Assembly (NCBI GenBank): GCA_016193335.1
Contig: JACPSK010000001.1
Span: forward strand, 422,962 to 486,961
DNA from: Candidatus Magasanikiibacteriota bacterium
GTDB taxonomy: Bacteria; Patescibacteriota; Patescibacteriia; Magasanikbacterales; UBA922
Direction: 5' to 3'
Length of the DNA: 64,000 bases
Positions 60,013 to 64,000 of the stretch are shown in pieces. The notes under the pieces were generated by a model. The model had not been told where the DNA came from, searched no databases, and saw only the letters and a program-made list of their open reading frames with translations. Position numbers and translations under genes: made by a program. The first letter of the stretch is position 1. Every line of letters starts with the position of its first letter.

Positions 60013-60039
60013 ACAAAAACCCTGGTTAGGGGTTTTTGT
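60013..60039 (-). terminator. terminator after ftsH
   Basis: ACAAAAACCC...GGGTTTTTGT. Confidence 0.7.
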
Positions 60040-60063
60040 CATAACTGCATTTTTATTTTTGTC

Positions 60064-61968
60064 TCAGGCTTGTTTTCCTGTTTCTGGCAAAGAAGACAGG
60101 GTCTTGGCTGAATCTGGTAAAGCAGGTTTTGTTTCAATCGCTTCTCCGTTCATAACTTTCAAGAATTCACTGCGTTCCACGGTTTCTTTCTCAAGCAAAA
60201 CTTTTACAAGACGTTCAAGCTCGGAAGCACGTTCACGCAAAACTTTTTCCGCGCGGTTTTTCGCTTCTTCTAGAAAATGATCAATTTCCATGTCTATAAG
60301 TTCAGCGGTTTTTTCGCTGTAATTTTTCTTTTGATGGATTTCTTCTGCCAAAAAAATCAATCCTTCATTTTCTCCATACAAGCGGGGGCCCAATTTTTCG
60401 CTCATGGCATAGCGCATCACCATGCTGGTGGCGGTTTCCGTGGCGTTTTTCAAATCGCTCGAAGGCCCGGTGCTTAAAAATTCATCCCCATACTGCTTCT
60501 TTTCTATCACATAACCGCCCAACATCATGGCAAGATCATCCTTGAACTTTGCCAAAGTCCTATATCTGATATCTTCGTCCGGGACACTCAAGGTATAACC
60601 TCCTGCCATTCCTCTCCCGATAATGGATACTTTTCTCACCGGGTCGCAGTGCTCAAGAAAATGCCCCACCACTGCATGACCAGCCTCGTGATAAGCGGTC
60701 ATTTCTCTATCTTTTTGCGTCATGACTCTTGATTTCTTTTCAGGACCGAGCATGACCTTTTCTATGCTTTCCAAGATAAGATCATTATGAATTTCTTTCA
60801 CTTCTTTTCTCACCGCCAGAATGGCGGCCTCGTTGAGCAAATTGGCCAAGTCTGCTCCTGCGAAACCCGGAGTACGCTCGGCTATTTCTCGAAGTGAGAC
60901 ATCGGACCCAAGGGGCTTATTTCCCGCGTGCACCTGCAAAATCTTTTCTCTGTCGTCTATGTCTGGCAAGTCTATCACCACTCTTCTGTCAAAACGGCCC
61001 GGTCTCAGCAAGGCCTTATCAAGAACATCAGGGCGGTTCGTGGCGGCCATCACAATGACTCCGATATTCGGATCAAAGCCATCCATTTCAACGAGGATCT
61101 GATTCAAAGTCTGTTCCCGCTCGTCATGAGAACCTCCCAGTCCTGATCCGCGTTTTCTTCCCACCGCGTCTATTTCATCTATAAAAACAATGGCCGGCGC
61201 CGCTTTTTTTGCCTTGTTAAAAAGATCTCTGACTCTGCTCGCGCCCACCCCAACGAACATTTCCACAAATTCCGATCCGCTGATATGAAAAAAAGGCACG
61301 TTCGCTTCTCCTGCAACCGCTTTGGCGAGCAAAGTCTTGCCTGTGCCAGGCGAGCCCATCAATAGAACACCTTTGGGAATTTTTGCCCCCATGTCAGTGA
61401 ACTTTTTCGGATGTTTCAAAAATTCGACTATTTCTTCCAATTCTTCCTTCGCTTCTTTGGCGCCAGCCACATCCGCAAAGGTCTTTTTATTTTTGTCATC
61501 TTGTTCGGCTTCTCTTGCTTTGCTTTGACCAAATCCCATTGCTCTGTTGTTTACACCCTGTACTTGTCTGCTCATAAAAAATATAAGGCCCAAAATGAGC
61601 AAGACCGGCAGAAGATACGGCGCTATGACGCTCACCCAAAAAGCAAAACCACTTTCCTGTTTTACCATTACTCCCACTTGCTGCAATTTCTCCGGATTCA
61701 CCCCATAATTATCCATCAGTTCGGAAAACGATTGCCCCGGTTCTTTTTTTACTTTCTGTTTAGGCGCTTCTTCATCATTAAGAGTAATCTGAAGTGTATC
61801 TCCCCGCACCTCCACATTCTTAACTTTTCCTTGGTCTATTTCACTTATCAATACATTGATGCCTATTTCCGTTGGCTCTTCGGTGCTGAATTTCGAAAAA
61901 CTCAGCAGAGCGGCTATAAGCAAAAGAGATAGCACGATAACTCCGAATTTTTTGATAAAATCTTTCAT
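60064..61968 (-). CDS. ftsH: ATP-dependent zinc metalloprotease FtsH
   Basis: Two TM helices, [21 protein letters not shown] and HEAGH. Confidence 0.97.
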   Translation of the reverse strand: MKDFIKKFGVIVLSLLLIAALLSFSKFSTEEPTEIGINVLISEIDQGKVKNVEVRGDTLQITLNDEEAPKQKVKKEPGQSFSELMDNYGVNPEKLQQVGVMVKQESGFAFWVSVIAPYLLPVLLILGLIFFMSRQVQGVNNRAMGFGQSKAREAEQDDKNKKTFADVAGAKEAKEELEEIVEFLKHPKKFTDMGAKIPKGVLLMGSPGTGKTLLAKAVAGEANVPFFHISGSEFVEMFVGVGASRVRDLFNKAKKAAPAIVFIDEIDAVGRKRGSGLGGSHDEREQTLNQILVEMDGFDPNIGVIVMAATNRPDVLDKALLRPGRFDRRVVIDLPDIDDREKILQVHAGNKPLGSDVSLREIAERTPGFAGADLANLLNEAAILAVRKEVKEIHNDLILESIEKVMLGPEKKSRVMTQKDREMTAYHEAGHAVVGHFLEHCDPVRKVSIIGRGMAGGYTLSVPDEDIRYRTLAKFKDDLAMMLGGYVIEKKQYGDEFLSTGPSSDLKNATETATSMVMRYAMSEKLGPRLYGENEGLIFLAEEIHQKKNYSEKTAELIDMEIDHFLEEAKNRAEKVLRERASELERLVKVLLEKETVERSEFLKVMNGEAIETKPALPDSAKTLSSLPETGKQA

Positions 61969-62072
61969 AATATAAATATGATTACAGACAAATATAGATG
62001 GGTCCCCATAATAACTGTGCGTCTATAATGTTGACCAAGTATAGGGAATGAAACGATACTTGTCAATCTTGA

Positions 62073-62106
62073 AGAGAAAAACCGGCTTTCTGGCCGGTTT
62101 TTCTCT
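62073..62106 (-). terminator. terminator downstream of rpsA
   Basis: AGAGAAAAACCGGC...GCCGGTTTTTCTCT. Confidence 0.7.
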
Positions 62107-62127
62107 AGTGATTGTGGAAATGTGAAA

Positions 62128-62230
62128 GCCTATCCCTTCATAACATATTTTAAAAATCCTACGGAAGTCATCCCGCTTCGCTCTCGCACTCGTCCTCCGG
62201 CTTTTTAAAATATGTTATGAAGGGATAGGC
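62128..62230. repeat. palindromic REP/MITE-like element, copy 2
   Basis: Perfect 29-bp arms GCCTATCCCTTCATAACATATTTTAAAAA; the loop shares CGCTTCGCTCTCGCA with 45719-45816. Confidence 0.85.
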
Positions 62231-62269
62231 GTCGAAATGTGTTGTTCCCATCCTCTATTTTTTCAGTTT

Positions 62270-63538
62270 TCAGACTGCGGCTTCTACACCATCCTCTGCT
62301 GTCTTCTCCATAGAAGGAAGAATTTCATCTGGAGGGTTCAGAGACTCTCCGACCGTTTCTGTCCGCTGTTTCTTTGAAACTTCCGCGTCTGGAGTCTCTC
62401 CTATGGATTCGTCTTTCCTCCGAGCTCTTCCTTTAACACCTTCTAACTTCAAACCCAAACGATGTTCAGCAGGCTCTATGGACAAAATCTCAAATTTTCT
62501 CTTTTCACCTACAGAAAATTGGCTCAAAAAACCTTGGCTATCTCCAATCGGTTTATCCGAGAGATCTGATATATGAGCCAGCCCATGTATCTCTTCGTCA
62601 AGACGCACCATAAGACCAAAGGCTTCCACTTTGTGAATTTCACCCTCTATAATCTGTCCGACCTTGTATCGCTCTTTCGCCTGTTTCCACGGATCGTCTA
62701 TCAGACGCTTCAAAGACAAATAAATTTTTGACTTGTTCAAATCTATGATCTGGGCTTTTACTTTATCTCCTATTTTCAAAATATCTTTGGGGTGATCTAT
62801 GCGCTGCCAAACGATCTCAGAGATATGAATCAAGCCTTCCAAACCATCGCCAAACTTCATAAACGCACCGAAAGGAGTAAGGGCCCCTATGGCGCCTTCT
62901 ACCACATCCCCGATTTTGTAAGATTCAAGGATACTCTTTTGTTCATCCTCCCACACGGCCTTTTCCGAGAGGATCAATTTTCCTTCTTCCGGGTTGGCGT
63001 CTAGGATTTTTACTTTGATGGCCGTATCGACAAATTGTTTGAGATGATCCAAAATTCTGTTCTTGTCTCCTCCCGGGACTCTTGGATAATGTTCAGGGCT
63101 GAGCTGAGAAACAGGCAAAAAACCGTTTACCGCATCCACCTGCAAGAGTAAGCCGCCTTTATTGGCTTGAATCACGCGCGCGGAAACAATTTTGGATTCT
63201 TTTTTGGATTCAAGCATCCTATCCCATACCAGTTTGTGTCCTGCTATGCGGAAAGACAGCTCCATTTCTCCGTTTTCGTTTTCTTCTTCTACAACGGTTG
63301 CTTCCACTTGATCCCCCACTTTAACCTCGGAAAACTCTTTAGACTCATTAAACAACTCTTCTCCCCGCACGACACCTATAATCATGCCATTTATATCCAC
63401 TCGAACCTCGCCCTTATCTATGGAAATAACCACGCCTTTTACCAAGTCACCTACCAGGGGAATCTTGGAAAAATAATCTTTAAGTAGTTCCCCAAAATCT
63501 TGAGGATTGGGGACTTTGGCGGCTGAATCGTCTGACAT
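62270..63538 (-). CDS. rpsA: 30S ribosomal protein S1 (4 S1 domains)
   Basis: NKGGL, GFLPVSQL, FGAF..EGLIHISE and GLAHISDL. Confidence 0.92.
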   Translation of the reverse strand: MSDDSAAKVPNPQDFGELLKDYFSKIPLVGDLVKGVVISIDKGEVRVDINGMIIGVVRGEELFNESKEFSEVKVGDQVEATVVEEENENGEMELSFRIAGHKLVWDRMLESKKESKIVSARVIQANKGGLLLQVDAVNGFLPVSQLSPEHYPRVPGGDKNRILDHLKQFVDTAIKVKILDANPEEGKLILSEKAVWEDEQKSILESYKIGDVVEGAIGALTPFGAFMKFGDGLEGLIHISEIVWQRIDHPKDILKIGDKVKAQIIDLNKSKIYLSLKRLIDDPWKQAKERYKVGQIIEGEIHKVEAFGLMVRLDEEIHGLAHISDLSDKPIGDSQGFLSQFSVGEKRKFEILSIEPAEHRLGLKLEGVKGRARRKDESIGETPDAEVSKKQRTETVGESLNPPDEILPSMEKTAEDGVEAAV

Positions 63539-64000
63539 ATATATCTTTATTCTGAGACAGACACATAAGCTATCTGTCTTTCTTAACCGAGTATAAAACC
63601 CAGTTACCCGATTAGGGGCTAAATTAAAGTCCAACTACTATAGCAAAGCGAGGGCGCAAATGCAAGACCTCCAACCAAGCTCCGCCACTCATCTCCACTC
63701 TTGCGCCAAGGCGAAGTTTGGGCTATAATAGGCTGGTATAATGAGTTTTATTTTGCTTTTGTCTTCCTCCTCTAAAGAAACCAAAGGGCAACGAAAAGCA
63801 GTGTCTTTGGGCTCTCTTGACCGAACAAAAAAATAAAGACGTAAAATACTTCATAAATCATTTCTTTGAAAGGAACTAAGCTATGCATATATCGTGGCTC
63901 GGAAGGACCGCCTTTAAAATACAGGCAAAAACAAATGAAGGAGACATCAATATCCTCATAGACCCTTATAAAATGGAAATCGGCTCCTGCCCAAGAAATC

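Noticed and set aside
63700-64000. Possible riboswitch, ncRNA or small ORF after the promoter-like TATAAT at 63724
   Set aside because: A hairpin (CCAAAG..CTTTGG) is present, but I could not match it to c-di-GMP, tmRNA, RNase P or SRP motifs. The short ORFs are unconvincing and the region is cut by the window end.

Overview
Bacterial chromosomal segment, about 43% GC by eye. It looks like a Patescibacteria/CPR (Parcubacteria-type) genome, an inference from SD-less AT-rich starts, many orphans and a baseplate-J-like/PilB pair. Housekeeping content: valS (truncated at the window edge), a lower-glycolysis block (gap, pgk, eno and two tandem gpmI), rpsB-tsf, rpmE-prfA-prmC, rplY, rodA, gyrB, secE-nusG-rplK, rplA, a dTTP-synthesis cluster, gatB, miaAB, thrS, ftsH and rpsA. 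The most striking locus is 41976-48242. A cytosine-deaminase-fold amidohydrolase and an argininosuccinate synthase fused to a CarB-type MGS allosteric domain sit directly in front of pyrD-pyrK-pyrE-pyrF. No carAB, pyrB, pyrC or argH is present in the window, which suggests a possibly undescribed citrulline/argininosuccinate route into de novo pyrimidine synthesis (hypothesis). Other notable items are a complete Thr T-box riboswitch before thrS, an L1 autoregulatory site before a displaced rplA, six GC-rich orphan genes with SD motifs that native genes lack, and several families of non-coding palindromic or heptamer repeats. No rRNA, tRNA, CRISPR array or transposase was recognised. All homology calls come from reading motifs; no database search was run.
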